From NCBI RefSeq assembly GCF_036321535.1, contig NC_087438.1, forward strand, positions 12,960,001 to 13,024,000: 64,000 nucleotides of DNA, in the 5' to 3' direction. Source of the stretch: Camelus dromedarius. Taxonomy: Eukaryota. Below are positions 25,900-39,975 of this stretch, in pieces (the first letter of the stretch is position 1; each line of letters starts with the position of its first letter). The notes under the pieces were generated by a model. It did no database searches. It worked only from the letters and a program-made list of their open reading frames with translations, and was not told where the DNA came from. The position numbers and the translations under genes were made by a program.

Positions 25900-27860
25900 T
25901 AAGTAAGTGACATCTAAACTGAGACCTGAAGGAAAAGAGAGGGTGAGGAAATTAAGCAGAGGTCTTAAGTTGGGAAAGAACTGATCATTGATACAGAGCT
26001 GATAAAAAGCCAGCCCATCAGGAGTAAAGTGAGCTGGGCAGTAATATAACCAGGTAGGCTGGAATATAAGCTAGGCCCAGTTTAAACAGGGCCTTATAAA
26101 ATAGTTTTAATTCCACCCTAGAGGAATAATAAGTTAAAGAAGGTTTTTTAAATATTAGAACAGCAATATCTGATATATGTTCAAAGCACCACTTTGATAT
26201 CGGAAGGAAAGTAGATTAAGAGGGGAACGAGAGTGGAACCATGCACATTAATAAAGAGGCTATTTCAGGGCTGGGGAGAGGCGAGACTGTGACCTGGGAA
26301 GATGACAGTAGAGCCATGAAAAATCAGAGAGTCCAGATATATGGTAGAGAAGGAATTAACAGGGCTTGCTGATAGAGGAGCTATTGGAGTAAAGGAAAGA
26401 GTGGAATAAGATGACTCTAAGGCTTCTGGGTTGAGTAGTTCCCTGGATAGTCATGTAAACCAGGTGGTAAAAAGTGAGATACTACTAGAATTTAAGGGGG
26501 AAATCAAGGGCTTTGTTTGGACATAATGAGTTTGAAGTGTCTGTAAGACAATTTGGTAGAAATGACAAAAGGGGTTGGGTATGTAAATCTGAATCTCATC
26601 GAAATGTCCAGGTTGGGTACATTAAATCTGAGAGTCATAAAGATATAATGAGAGCTGATGCTGTGTGAATGAATGGGGCCACAGGGTGAGCATGCCAGAG
26701 AAATTATGAGAGGACATAAGACTAAATGCTGAGGAACGCCAAATTTAGATATTGGCCCAAGAATGAGAAGCAAGTGGAAAAAAAAAAAAAAACTAACTAA
26801 GAAAGGGACAGTAAGGGAGAAGGAAAACTAGGAAAATGTGGCATCATGAAAGTCAAGAGAGAAGATTCCAAGAAGAAGTGCTCAATGTTTTCAAAGGCTA
26901 CTGAGACGTAAAGGAACGTGAGAAAAACAACAAAATTCTCCTGCATATGGAACATACAGATCATAGAGAAGCATGGAGATGCCTGGAGGTCCTGATTCAC
27001 TATCCTAGACTTCTACTGTAAGAGTTTGTGTGGAAGCTGTATTTAAGAGTGAGTGGGAAGTGAGAAATTGGAGATTTTGTGTGTAGACAACTCTTTTGTT
27101 CAGATCAGTTTTGAGATACGAAAGATGCTGGAAAGAAGGTATAGTGTTATGAGAGGATATTCCTAGAATAAGATACAGTAGATTATATTTGGTTTCAAAA
27201 GGAATAGTCCAGAAAAGAAACAGATTAACAATGTAGGTCAAAAAAACGAGATAACTGCAAAAGAGAGAAATCTTTGAGAAAGTTATAGAAGATGGGATCC
27301 AGAGCCTGAAAGGGGTTATCGACCAAGCTTAAGGGAATGGATGCATACTGTTGTAATGGAAGGTACTGGAAATAAACAGGTTGTTAACTGAATGCCTGTG
27401 TGTTGAGGAGCTGGTAGGGTAAATACAGAATTTTTAAGGAGAATGAAGGCGAGAACACTTAAGAAAAACAAACCATTTCCAAGAACTGTTGAAACTCTTT
27501 TAATGTTTTTGATCAAGCATTTAAAGTGAAACTGCTCAGGTATAATTTTCTTTAGAAATGTTCAGATGCTCTCATGCAGTAAAGGAAAAGGATGATATTT
27601 GGTCTCATTCAGGGCTGATTTTTGTTTTTCACTGGGATGTAAAACTAAAAGTTCTTCAGGACAGCAATTATAATAATTGAGCATGAACTATAACCTGGGA
27701 AAGGAGAGACATGAAAATAAGATAAGGCTACTGATAGGAAGAAATTGATAGAATCGATTGATTAGGTATTTTGATGAGGTGAAAACACTGTTAATATGTA
27801 GATATAAGCACAAGCAAGTTAGAATGATAAGAGAAATTGGATATTTCAAATTGAGATATT
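25900..27860 (-). mobile_element. Long L2 fragment
   Basis: L2-type 'aagatgactctaaggcttctgggttgag', 'tttgtttggacataatgagtttgaagtgtctgtaagaca' and 'gtagacaactctttt'. Boundaries approximate. Confidence 0.8.
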
Positions 27861-27886
27861 TTTGGTGATAAAAGTATATAAATTAT

Positions 27887-28144
27887 CTATTTTATATGTA
27901 GTACTTAGTATCTGCAAATCTCGAACTCTCAGTTTATCACTTCTTACCCCCCTCTCTCCTAGTAACCATAAATTTGTTTTCTACAAGTTTATATTGTATA
28001 GCATAGGGAACTATATTCAATATTTTGCAGCAACCTATAATAAAAATATGAAAATGAATATATATGTATACATATGACTGAACTATTATGCTGTACATCA
28101 GAAATTGACACCACATTGTAAACTGACTATACTTCAATTAAAAA
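27887..28144 (+). mobile_element. Short lineage L1 with 5' inversion
   Basis: 17-bp TSD AAAAGTATATAAATTAT (27870-27886, 28145-28161). 27887-27983 is antisense 3'UTR; 27984 onward is the sense tail plus poly-A. Confidence 0.9.
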
Positions 28145-28619
28145 AAAAGTATATAAATTATAATCATGGAAGTAGAATCTGGAAATGAGTGGAAGTAAAA
28201 ATTACTTGACCTCCAGGATGGAGAAGAGGTACATAATAAAGAGATACCCACAAGGATTTTGGACTCACCAAGAAACATTAGGAGTCAGGAGATAGAGTTT
28301 TTAAAACACAGAGGTGCCGAGGGTATTGGTATATAGCAGAATTAAGGAAGAAGGATAGTATTCTTGAAAGCATTTGGCTCAAAGAGACAGAGATTTTTTG
28401 TTGTTGTTGCCCTAGGGGAGAAAAAAGAGGAAGAAATAGTTTAAAAGAGGTAACTGAGAGCAAGGAGAACAGTTTCCACATTTTCTATCCTTGTGGCATT
28501 AAAGACCATGGAAGAAAACAAATCAAACAGAAAATTCAGATTCATACAGTAAAAGACAGTTTTCAGTTAGCATACAAAAATGGTGCAAATAAGATGGGAT
28601 CAAAGATATAAGGACCTTT

Positions 28620-28830
28620 ACTAGTAATAGTTACCATTTGCATTTGTTTTCTGATTTGATTATCATAATCATCCAACAAGGTAGAAGCCAGGATTGTCTC
28701 TATTTTACAAGTGAGGAACACAAAGCACTAAAATGTTGAATAACTTTCCCAAGGTCACCTATCTAGTAAACATTGTTGCCAGTACTTAAAATCACTCTGT
28801 ATGACTTCAGATTCTGAGCTGCAAGGCCAT
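28620..28830 (-). mobile_element. MIR
   Basis: 'ctattttacaagtgaggaacacaaagcac...aactttcccaaggtcacctatctagtaaa'. Confidence 0.75.
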
Positions 28831-29117
28831 CTGTCCCCCAAAATTGAAAGACTGACTTTGATCTGGGAGTATATGCTACCAAAAGAGGGTAGCATTGGGA
28901 ATGATGACGGATGAATGGAGAGGATAACTTTAGGGCAGCAATCAAAGTACTCAACATGTGAGATCTGATAGTTTGATCCTCAATTAGAGGAGATGAATGC
29001 AATTAGTTCTACAACAGTGGTTGAAAATGCATTTCATTGTGGCAAGGATGCTTCTGGAATAGTCACTTTGTAAGTTGCACATATGGGTGACAATCACAGA
29101 AACATGGGTAAAATTTG

Positions 29118-29520
29118 TGTAGAGCGTAGTAGACATTCTAGTTCCACAAATATCTGGTTCTCCCTTCCTCATTGGCCATAGAAAAGAAAGAAAGAGAAAA
29201 TATACTTCCAGGATACTTGAAGTTAGGTATAGAGACATGATTAATTCTGGCCAAAGAAAAGTGAGAAGAAGTAGGAATGCATGATCCTTCTAAGCTAAGG
29301 CAGTTGAAAGTCCTCAAGCAATTCTCCAGGTTTTTTCTTCCAACGTCATGGTGAAAATGGAGGTCTCAATGGTCAACTGACCTAGCGGCCAGAGAGAATT
29401 AGTTGAATTGCACGGTAGTTACTAGCGTGAAACGCCGCAGGAAGGACAGTTGCCCTGGAAAGTCACTTCCTCTGGCAGGAGAGTTATGGTGTTAAGTCAC
29501 TGATACAGTCTAACTGATCT
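29118..29520 (+). mobile_element. Old MaLR LTR (MLT1I/J-like)
   Basis: 'ttgaagttaggt...catgattaattctggccaaagaaaagtgagaagaagt' and 'gtgttaagtcactga'. Confidence 0.65.
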
Positions 29521-31149
29521 TCAAAACCAGAGAGAGTGAGATGAGGGACCAGATGCAGAGAATAACATGGCAAAGGCATCATGCTTAGAATGAGAAAGTA
29601 GACCTTGTCTAAAATTCAGTAGAAAAGATTTTTCTAACTCAATGCTTCTAACTTTATTTCTTCTCGTATTACCTGCAAGTGTAATGTACATTGGAAATCT
29701 ATTAACACGTGAGTTTTTTGAAGCTTTTTTTCCCCCATGGAACACTTCACATCTCTAGAAATTATAATTCGGGAAAAGCTTTTCTAAATCTCATTTTTAA
29801 ATGTGTTCAGTTATTTTATTAACTATAACCACTGCTCTTAATTATCCACTCTTATGTCAGCTAGATAAATTTATCCACCCAGAGAGGTGGTGAACACTGG
29901 TGAGGAAGATATGAGAATAGTTCATTTTTTAAAAAAAATTCTGTCTCAGGAGATTCAAACTACTTCAGGGAGAATTTCAACTCATCCATCCATTAATTCA
30001 TGCATGTATACTGACTGACTGAGTTACTCGATCACAGAAATAAAAGGATGCTTGAGTAAGTTGCTTCTCAAGGAATTTCAGGGAAAATTGCACTATAATG
30101 GTATGGCTTCTGATTTTATATAGTAGGAAGTCGTCCAATGATATAGTGAAAATTATTCCTACCAATAAGTGTGTTTTTGGTTGACAATCATAGTGATTAA
30201 ATTTATAATTTTAACATCTGTTTATGAATCTCACCAGTACTCAATTTACAGAACCCTACAGAAATAAAAACACACAAGCAAAAGTACCTACTCAGGCAGA
30301 CATAATAGTTTCTTGCTTATAATAAGTTTATATTGTTTTTAGGAAAAGTTTAACACATGGAAGTTAAATTGTGTTAAATGAGTTACCTCAAGACCTGTTA
30401 GTGAATTCCAAAGAAAGGCCAAGAAAAGGGAATGTGTCTTTCTTCTCTCATGTCAGTCTCACTGCGACTTGACTGTTTGGTAAGAGAGAAGGACTTGCTA
30501 ACATTCTTAGCCAGAGATGCACAAATGGATTTGAAAGAAATTGCAAGTAGAAATAATCTATTTCTGTGCTCCAAGGAATATTGAATCTCTATTCTCCTGC
30601 ATTTTTTTCCTGTATATGACTTCTCACATTTTCTGCTCCCCATACCACAAAGATATCTAAAAATTGGTATCTGTCTTTCTGTTTTTTACCTCCTCTGAGT
30701 AGTAAAACAAGTTTGAATCTCCCCAGTAAGGCCAGTCCTCTCTCATTATCTCCTCCTTTTTCTCTCTGTTTTTGGCAGTGTAGGATTTGGAGATTCCTGG
30801 AAACGTGGTCACGGTTCTGTCTTGGTCTTTAACCTCTAAAATGAACAGGCAACAAATCGTCAAGGCTTTGAGACATTCACTGCTGACTGGAATCGCAGGG
30901 AAGCATTCAATGATGAATGGAAGATGAGCATTGTTTTGGAGGAGGATAGGCAAATAGGAGGTGGGAGCGTTTTTTAAGATACAGAGCCAGAAGTGAAACT
31001 AGGTAATTAAAGTAGACACAGAAGCAGAAAAATGCCTGACACAGTTTTTGGGGCCCTGTAGAGAACAGGGTGAAGAAATATTGAAAAATATAATTTGGAG
31101 GTGAAATGTGAGTGAGCTATAAGCATTGTAGTCACTGGAGAACTTTGTG

Positions 31150-32450
31150 CTGGACAATGAATTTGTACTCCTTTTGGTAGTGTGCACTCCAACTCCTGTA
31201 CGATTTCACTTCATGTGCATCAAAATTTTTTTCAGGAAAATTTTTTATACTCACTCTCTCTATTTTTTTATTTCTCATCCACTTTTCAGCCCACAAGTTC
31301 TAGCCTTTCTTCTTATTGTCCCGTCAGATGGTCACTTGACCTCAGTGGTCCCAATTCCTCCTATGATGTGATCTCATCCTTATCTCAACCTTTATTATTC
31401 TTAAAACACTCTACCCTCTGGAGTTGTTAGATAGATCCTTGTTTTATCTGCTAATTTAATGATCCTCTCCTTTCTCAAAGTTCTGCAATGGCGCATCTTA
31501 TGTTACTTGGCTTCTAAGGGTTGAAATTGCTGGCACTGGGTCTAGGATCACATATTCTTTTGTATCTACCTTCTTGCCCATTCTTCTATACACTAAACAT
31601 TTTTAAATATGTGTCTCAGCTCAGACTTTGGCACTTCTGACTTTAATGTCCGACTTCTTACATTGTGTCTCCATTTTGTTTTACCAATACCTAAACCTAC
31701 TTATCTCACATTAATCATCATCTTACCCAGACGCTCAAGTTAACATGCAGGAATTACCCTTGATTCCTCATTTTTTAAAGGCCATACTGATTAACCATTT
31801 CTTAGTTTTACTTCCAAAAAACATCTTAATTCCACTAAGTGCGTCTATCTCCATGGCCAGGACGTTATTGAAAGCCTGATTATCTTTCACCAGGACTTCT
31901 GAAATAGCCATCTATGCAGTCTCTTTAGATCCACTCCAGTCCTCCTATAATTCTTCACAAAATGTCTCCAGTTGTGCTTTTAAACATCCATCAGATAGTG
32001 TCTTTTTTTTTCCTGCTTAAAAGTCTCCATTAGTTTCCCATTAGAATAAATTCAAAGCCCATTTAAATGCCTACCAGGCTCTGTTCAGTCTCCCTCAACC
32101 TTCACCTCATAGCATCGCCATGTTTTGCTCTCAGCTTGGGTCATACCCCAGCTTTTCAAATAGTACCAGTCCTTTCCTGCCTCAGATCTCTTGCTGCTCT
32201 CTGGGTCTAGAGTCGCACAAGCCCAGTATTATAGCCTCTTATATACTTCCTTTATAGTGCCTGTAATTTTCAGAACTTAATTCATGTGAAGCTTACTGCA
32301 TATGAAACTAACATTTGTTGTTTATTTTCCACATTAAAATGTAAGCTCAAGGAGTGCAGGGACCTCACTAGTCTTTATTTGTCACCTTATTCTTAGAGCC
32401 TAGAAAATTGCCTGGCAGATGGTCAAATCAATAGTTCTTGAATGAATGAT
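31150..32450 (+). mobile_element. L2 3' region
   Basis: 'ccttgattcctc', 'atcagatagtgtc..cctgcttaaaag', 'atgtaagctcaaggagtgcagggacc', ending 'ttgaatgaatga'. Confidence 0.8.
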
Positions 32451-34903
32451 TAGTTCTTGAAAAGGCAATAACTCATAAGGCGGATTGTCGAGCAAAGCAT
32501 TTTCAAAAAGAACCATCAATTCATAGTTAAAATTTCCAATTTTTCTTTTTTGAGAAGTTAAAGTTAAATAAATGCCAAACTTGTGACTGCTGTTTATATA
32601 CATTTTTATTTTTGCTTTCAGTTTATTTGGCATTTTATTTTTAAAGCACCATTTTTATTAATATGTTATTCTGTCACTCATCCATTTATTGGATCTTCAG
32701 TAATACTGTGGTCAACAGTATTCACAAATGGGTAGAGAGGATAAAAAGTTGCATCAGATACGAGGTTGAGAGTCCAATAAATAGTCTGTATTAACTGTTG
32801 CTCTTTCCCTAAAAGCAATTAGATATTTATGAGATTTGCTTGAAGCCTGATGAGTATTAATGCTTCTTTTCACTTTTTGTGACTTCTTAAACATGAATTT
32901 GAGTACAAGCCTTCTGTGTTAAACAGATAAATAAAACAAATTTTTGAAACTTCGGGAAAACCATCACTTCAAAATGTAAAATTAAATCCATATATATGTA
33001 TGTGTGTAAAATGTATACGTACACATACATTACACACATACATATATATGAAGAAATAGGATTCAGGGTTTCAAAGGCTGGTAAAATAGATGACTTTTCA
33101 GGTCCTTTCAAACCTTGAAATACAGCAGCTGTTGAATTTTACCTGTTGTCTTAGAGTGATCTGAAATCACTGCGATCAAGTGGACATTTTCACTTGTTTG
33201 ATTCAATTGATTCTGTTTTACAAGCAGATTGAAATTCAGCAAATCCACTCAACTGTACGGATGCCTGCTGCATGCCAGGCTGGATGCCAGGGAGTCAGGA
33301 TTCCAAGATGAAGGAAGCATATGTCATGCCCTAGGGCTTTTTATAATCTTGTAAATGAGATTGCCATAGCAAACAAAATATGCACTGTATCTGTAATACG
33401 AAAAACATCTAAGGTTCAGACATAATAGCTGAAAAGAAATCTATGGAGAATTTCTTTGCCTGTGTGGTAAGGAAATGTTATCAGAGAAGCTTACTTAATG
33501 CAGCAAAACCAGGTAATACTCTAATTGTAACCACTGGGGACTTTCACCCCTCAAGTCAGTTAAAAAACATGCTCCTTTTTACAGTCATATCTATCAGTCT
33601 AACTATTATTTTCCCAAGGATCTGGGGTTTTGACTATCATTCCCTTCCTCCTCCACTTCTGTTCAATGTCACCAGTGGATGCAGTCTGTAAACAAGGCTC
33701 AGTGGTGTCTTGGAAGCCCCTTTCACACCAGCGATGGATAGGTTAATCTTGCTGTGCCAAAATCCATACCCAGTGCTCTGCGAAGCTGAACAGAAGCAAA
33801 GCTTCAGTCTTTTGCTTTAATCCACCGGCATTATTTTGGTCCATGTGACAATACTTCCGGTTGAGTTATCTCTTTACTCTACAGTTCCTTTTTGAGACAA
33901 GAGACCTCTTATTATGAGAAATCCATTTGCTTATGTCCAGATAGATTTTCTAACTCTTTCCAGTAATCTCCTTAATGACAACCTTATTCCCAGAATTCTC
34001 AGCATCTGTTTTATTCCTAAAATTATGGGATACCAGAATAAAACAGAATTTTCAACTTAACTTAAGCATCTCTACTTCTAGGAAGGTCTGTTTAACACTC
34101 TACAGTATCTTGTTTCCATTTGAATGTCACAGAATTTACTGGATTCATTTAAATATCAAGTTCAAGGTAAAGTCCACACATTCTAAGACATTATTTTGAT
34201 GTATTGGTCATCATGACGTAAACAGTTGAACAGTCCTAACCCTGACTCTTTTCTTGACTTTTTTTTCTTTTCCTCTGATCTGCCTCTGAGTTTCCAACAT
34301 ACCCAAACAGCTGTGTATGTGTCTGTAACAAGACGCATCCCAAAGGAACTGTTTTAGGCATTGTTGGGTAAGAAAAACAGAGTACTATTTAATTACTAAT
34401 TTAAAATTCACTCTATTAGGTCAAACTACGTTAAATAATTCATATGTTCAATATATTTTCAGTTTATGAACACAATAATAAGGTTTGAATATAAAAAACA
34501 AGTTGTAGTCTTTGTTGTGTTTAAAAGTGATAACTTGACCTTTTGGAAATTTGTAAAACTTCCTGTGTTCATAGACATCAAATAGGTTGTAAGCAAGGTT
34601 TTTTGGGATATGTGTTTATCCTGTGTTTTGGTTACCACACCCTAATACCTAATGTGTTCTGAGCACTAATGATGTTTTGAAATTTCCATCAAGATGCCAT
34701 CTTGTTTGAGCACCTACCTAAGCAAGGAATGGAAACGTGGTGTGAAATAATGGAAAGGACATCAGGTGTGCTGTCGTGAAGGTCTTTGATCTTTTCTGAC
34801 TACTCAGGGATTCTTAATTATTTGAAGGTTACATATCTTTTAGAGAAGTTAATAAAAATATAGATTCTCTACCCCATATAAATATCTATAGTCTGTGGTA
34901 ATT

Positions 34904-37070
34904 TTTTTTTTACTTTCTATTATTTAAAAATTTATTGCTTTTTTTAAACTTTTTTTATTGAGTTAAAGTCATTTTACAGTGTTGTGTCAAATTCCAGTGT
35001 AGAGCACAATTTTCCAGTTATACATGAACATACATATATTCATTGTCACATTTTTTTTTCACTGTGAGCTACCACAAGATCTTGTATGTATTTCCCTGTG
35101 CTATACAGTATAATCTTGTTTATCTATTCTGCATATGCTTGTCGGTATCTACAAATTTTGAAATCCCAGTCTTTCCCTTCCCACCCCTTGCCCCTTTGGC
35201 AACCACAAGTTTGTATTCTATGTCTATGAGTCTGTTTCTGTTTTGCATTTATGTTTTTTTGTTTTTGTTGTTTTTTTTTGTTTGTTTGTTTTTTTAGATT
35301 CCACATACGAGCAATCTCATATGGTATTTTTCTTTCTCTTTCTGGCTTACTTCACTTAGAATGACATAATCCAGGAGCATCCATGTTGCTGCAAATGGCA
35401 TTATATTGTCAGCTTTTATGGCTGAATAGTATTCCATTGTGTAAATATAACACAGCTTCTTTATCCAGTCATCTGTTGATGGACATTTAGGCTGTTTCCA
35501 TGTCTTGGCTATTGTAAATAGTGCTGCTATGAACATTGGGGTGCAGCTGTCTTTTTGAAGTAGATTTCCTTCTGGATATATGCCCAGGAGTGGGATTCCT
35601 GGGTCATATGGTAAGTGTACTCCTAGTCTTTTGAGGAATCTCCATTACTGTTTTCCACAGTGGCTGCACCAAACTGCATTCCCACCAGCAGTGTAGGAGG
35701 GTTCCCTTTTCTCCACAGCCTCTCCAGCATTTGTCATTTGTGGACTTTTGAATGATGGCCATTCTGACTGATGTGAGGTCATACCTCATTGTAGCTTTGA
35801 TTTGCATTTCTCTGATAATTAGTGATATTGAGCATTTTTTCATGTGCCTATTGATCATTTGCATTTCTTCCTTGGAGAATTGCTTGTTTAGATCTTCTGC
35901 CCGTTTTTGGATTGGGTTGTTTGTTTTTTTCTTATTAAGTCGTATGAGCTGCCTATATATTCTGGAGATCAAGCCTTTGTCGGTTTCATTTGGAAAAATT
36001 TTCTCCCATTTCATAAGTTGTCATTTTTTACTTATGGTTTCCTTTGCTGTGCAGAATTTTGTGAGTTTAACTAGGTCCCATTTGTTTATTTTTGCTTTTA
36101 TTTCTATTGTTTGGGTAGACTGCCCTAGGAGAACAGTTTTGAGATGTATGTCAGATAATGTTTTGCCTATATTTTCTTCTAAGAGGTTTCTTGCATCTTG
36201 TCTGATGTTTAAGTCTTTGATCCATTTTGAGTTTATTTTTGTGTATGGTGTAAGGGAGTGTTCATTGATTTACATGAACATGTCCAGTTTTCCCAACACC
36301 ATTTGCTGAAGAGACGGTCGTTATTCCATTGTATATTCTTGCCTCCTTTGTCGAAGATTAGTTGACCAAAAGTTTGTGGGTTCATTTCTGGGCTCTCTAT
36401 TCTGTTCTATTGGTCCATATGTCTGCTTTTGTACCGATGCCATGCTGTTTTGATGACTGTAGCTCTATAGTATTGTCTGAAGTCTGGGAGAGTTATTCCT
36501 CCAGCCTCTTTCTTTCTCTTCAGTAATGCTTTGGCAATTCTAGGTCTTTTGTGGTTCCATATAAATTTTATTATGAGTTGTTCTAGTTCTGTGAAATATG
36601 TCCTGGGTAATTTGATAGAGATTGCATTAAATCTGTAGATTGCCTTGGGCAGTGTGACCATTTTAACAGTATTGATTCTTCCAATCCAGGAGCATGGGAT
36701 ATCTTTCCATTTTTTAAAGTCTTCTTTAATTTCCTTAATCAGTGTTTTATAGTTTTCCATGTAAAAGTCTTTCACCTCCTTGGTTAGATTTATTCCTAGG
36801 TATTTTATTACTTTGGGTGCTATTTTAAAGCAGATTATTTCTTTACTTTCTTTTTCTGTTGATTCATTGTTAGTGTAAAGAAATGCAACTGATTTTTGAG
36901 TGTTAATCTTGTAACCTGCTACCTTGCTGAATTCTTCAATTATTTCTAGTAGTTTTTGTGTGGACCTTTTAGGGTTTACTATATATGGTATCATGCCATC
37001 TGCATATAGTGACACTTTTACCTCTTCTTTTCCAATTAGGATCCCTTTTATTTCTCTCTCTTGCCTGAAA
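34904..37070 (-). mobile_element. Relatively young 5'-truncated L1 (~2.1 kb of ORF2 3' part + 3' UTR + poly-A)
   Basis: Recognisable ORF2 peptides: RT region [20 protein letters not shown]...[12 protein letters not shown] (36407-37084), Cys-rich [19 protein letters not shown] (35604-36014) and [11 protein letters not shown] (35294-35536). Imperfect TSD GTSTGTGGYAATT flanks the element. Confidence 0.95.
36407..37066 (-). pseudogene. L1 ORF2 reverse-transcriptase fragment, inactivated
   Basis: The catalytic YADD motif reads YADG. Premature stop at the Q-W-NRIE position (36407) and 5' truncation. Confidence 0.9.
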
Positions 37071-37074
37071 ACTG

Positions 37075-37678
37075 TGTGTGGCAATTCTTAAGTCATTGTC
37101 TCTCAGCTTCAACTCCATTCTCTCCACTCTGCTTGCTGATCCTGGAGCTGGAACTCAGAATTGCATTTCTGCCCTGTCAACAGTCTTTCCATTTGGCTCT
37201 GCCAATAAAAGGTATGAGAGGAAGGTCGCAAGGCTGGAGGAGGAAGAGACTTGTTCCTTCCTGTCTGCCTTACATGAGCTTCCTGTCTGCTTGTACTTCC
37301 TGTGAGCATCACTGCTACATTTCCTCACCCCCAGGGCAACAGTTATTTCCATAGCAGAGGCTGAATTGAATCAGCAATTTTGCCAACAGTTGCAGAATCA
37401 GCCTCGCCATTCTTTCCATCCAGGGACACCAATTCAGTCCCTCCTGAGAGATTTGCGTTTCACATCCCAGAGGCCCCTCCTTTAAGTTTCTAAGATTTTT
37501 GCCATTGCTCTCTCGTTTCCTGGGCATGTCTGCTGATGGTTGTTTCACATAGTTGCTACCTCCATGATAGATACCTTAGCATTTCCTTTTCCCCCTTTTT
37601 ACTTAGTCAATGATTTCTTAATTCTCTCCATTTAAGTAGCTGGTGTGGTTTCAGTCAAATTGTCCCTGGCTGATAAAT
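37075..37678 (+). mobile_element. ERVL solo LTR (LTR41/LTR33-like)
   Basis: 'ttgtctctcagcttcaactcc...ctgcttgctgatcctggagctggaactc...tctgccaata...ggctggaggaggaag' and ending 'ctggtgtggtttc...ccctggctgata'. Confidence 0.75.
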
Positions 37679-39194
37679 ACTTTCACACAAACAAAAATTT
37701 TTCTTTAATTCTCAGGAGGTTAACTGATCATAGGTTAAGAAGTGCTTAATCAGTGGATCTCTAAATTTATGTCTGTTCTAAAATTCAGTGATTTTTAAGG
37801 ATATGTGATCAGGGACATAATAAAGACAGAAAATGATCAATGAAAATATTAGTGAAAATGTGAGAAATAATTGTGAAGATGTAAAACAATCATCAAGACT
37901 ATTCTGTACCTATTTTGAACCAGGAATGGATTATAAACAGAAGTGATTATTTATAGGGAAGTAGAGGAGAAAAAGGAACATTTGTATGGGATGGAAGTGG
38001 GGGAGTAGTCTTGGCATATGGTCCGTAGGAATAGAAGACAGATTTTGACCAGCTGAAGGCAACAGGAAGCAGATGAGTTAAAAAAAAACAAAACACATCT
38101 TTATCAAAATATATTTTTTTATAAGTGCATGTACTAGAACTACGAAGAAAAGTTTTAAAAATAACCACATACCTGTGGAGTCACTCTTGATATGCCACAG
38201 TATTTCTTATCACAGAAATACAGTTGTTCAAATTTAGCACCCAAAAGAGATTTGCGGCAAGATTCTGGCAGTCATTTCTGCACATCCATAACTGTCAGTG
38301 GAGTAATTGCATTGTCACTATTAGGAGGTGGTTATCGGCATGTTGCTTTTATAACAGAGGAGCTCCTATTTGTGACATCTCAGTTCTCCCACTCCCTTCT
38401 TTTCTTCTGACAATAGAAAAAAAGTCACCATACATATCTGGGGTTAGGGGCCAGAGATTGCAAAAAAGCGAAAAACCCAGCCCCTTCCCCTGAGGGTCTG
38501 ATTTCAAGTAAGGGAGACCTAATCAAATGTAATAAGACTTGAGTAAGCCACGTAAGAAAGTAAAGGGAGAAATGAGTGCTAGCACACAAGGTGGTCCAGG
38601 ACACAGTAATGACTGGTCGTTCTCATTGTCTTTCCAAATATGGTCTCCTGTCTGCAGACAAGAGATAAGTCGCATCTTAGAAACATCCTTTCACTGTTGC
38701 AACTCATTGCATGAAGTCTATTGTTTCAGACTGTGTAACATTCAATAGGGTAAGAAAAAGAAAAAAAATAATTTGGAACATCTTATTCTGCCCTTTAGTC
38801 CAGGACACTGGAGATGGGGCTGAGTGATAAGAAGCCCTGTGGGACCATCCTTAGGGCAACACAATTCAAAGTGACTGCTACTCCCTTAACTGCTACTCCT
38901 GTAAAAAAAGAAAAAACACACCAAAAGGAGAAGTGTTTAGAAGGGAAACCTAATCAGTTTATACATTACCCCAAAGAAAATGCTCCACTCCTTCCTATGT
39001 GAAATGGAGAAGATAATGAGCTAGTTTTATTATATTAGAGACTGGTTAATTTAATTTAATTTAATTTTGCCCCCAATGATTGGGGAGCAGGCGGTGTCAT
39101 CACCTTTCTAATCATACTTTGCATCCCTTCCTGTCCCCTTTAGTCAACTCTCTTGAGCCAACAGCGTAGGTCCACGCACAGCAAGGTCCAGGCT

Positions 39195-39425
39195 GTCAGG
39201 TTCAGCGTGGTAGCCTCGGACCTCTTGTAATTATTGAAATTTAAGTTGATTTAATGAAAAGCATTTTTAAAGAAGATTTTAGCTTTTTGCTTCATTGAAC
39301 TGGCCAATTTTCAAGTGTTCAATAGTCACACGTGACCCGTGGCTGCATCTTAGATAATACAACATTCAGCAGCTTGGTGTTCCAAAGAACGCTTCTATCA
39401 TTTCAGAAATGTAGAAGTGTAGACT
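39195..39425. mobile_element. MER3-like hAT-Charlie fossil
   Basis: 'tttcaagtgttcaatagtcacacgtgacccgtggctgc' with an AT-rich centre. Confidence 0.6.
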
Positions 39426-39758
39426 CTAAAGCATCGACCTAATAACTATTCTGTGAAAGTGTCTTTCTTCCATTTTTCATCCTTATTAACCCAGTGTGAT
39501 AAAAAAAAATTAGTGCTTGTAACAGATAATGTTTTTCCAATTGCCACAGTAGTAATTGTTGTGGAAGAGATGGAAGACTTAATAATGCCTCCAGTAGCAT
39601 ATTCAAAGCATTATAGCTGAAGCGTTACACTGCAGAATGACAGACAACGTGTTTTCCAAAGACTTGAAACAGAAGATTTGGGACTCATTTGCAGGGACTT
39701 GCCTTATGAAGTAGCAGTGCCACCAAGTGTTGGGTGAAAGAGGTTAAATCTTTGAAAC

Positions 39759-39975
39759 TCCTATATATAAAATAGATAAACAGCAAGGACCTACTGTATA
39801 GCACAGGGAACTATATTCAGCATTCTGTAATAACCTAGAATGAAAAAGAAAAAAATACGCATATATATATATATATGACTGAATCACTATGCTGTACACC
39901 AGAAATTAATGCACCATTATAAATCAACTATGCTTCAATTAAAAATAAGTAAATAAAAATAAAATAAAATAAAAT
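39759..39975 (+). mobile_element. 5'-truncated lineage L1 3' tail
   Basis: 'tatatataaaatagataaacagcaaggacctactgtatagcacagggaactatattca...tgactgaatcactatgctgtacaccagaaattaa' plus an (AAAAT)n tail. Confidence 0.88.

Noticed and set aside
35752..36309. 185-aa hydrophobic plus-strand ORF
   Set aside because: Antisense frame of L1 ORF2, a common artefact.
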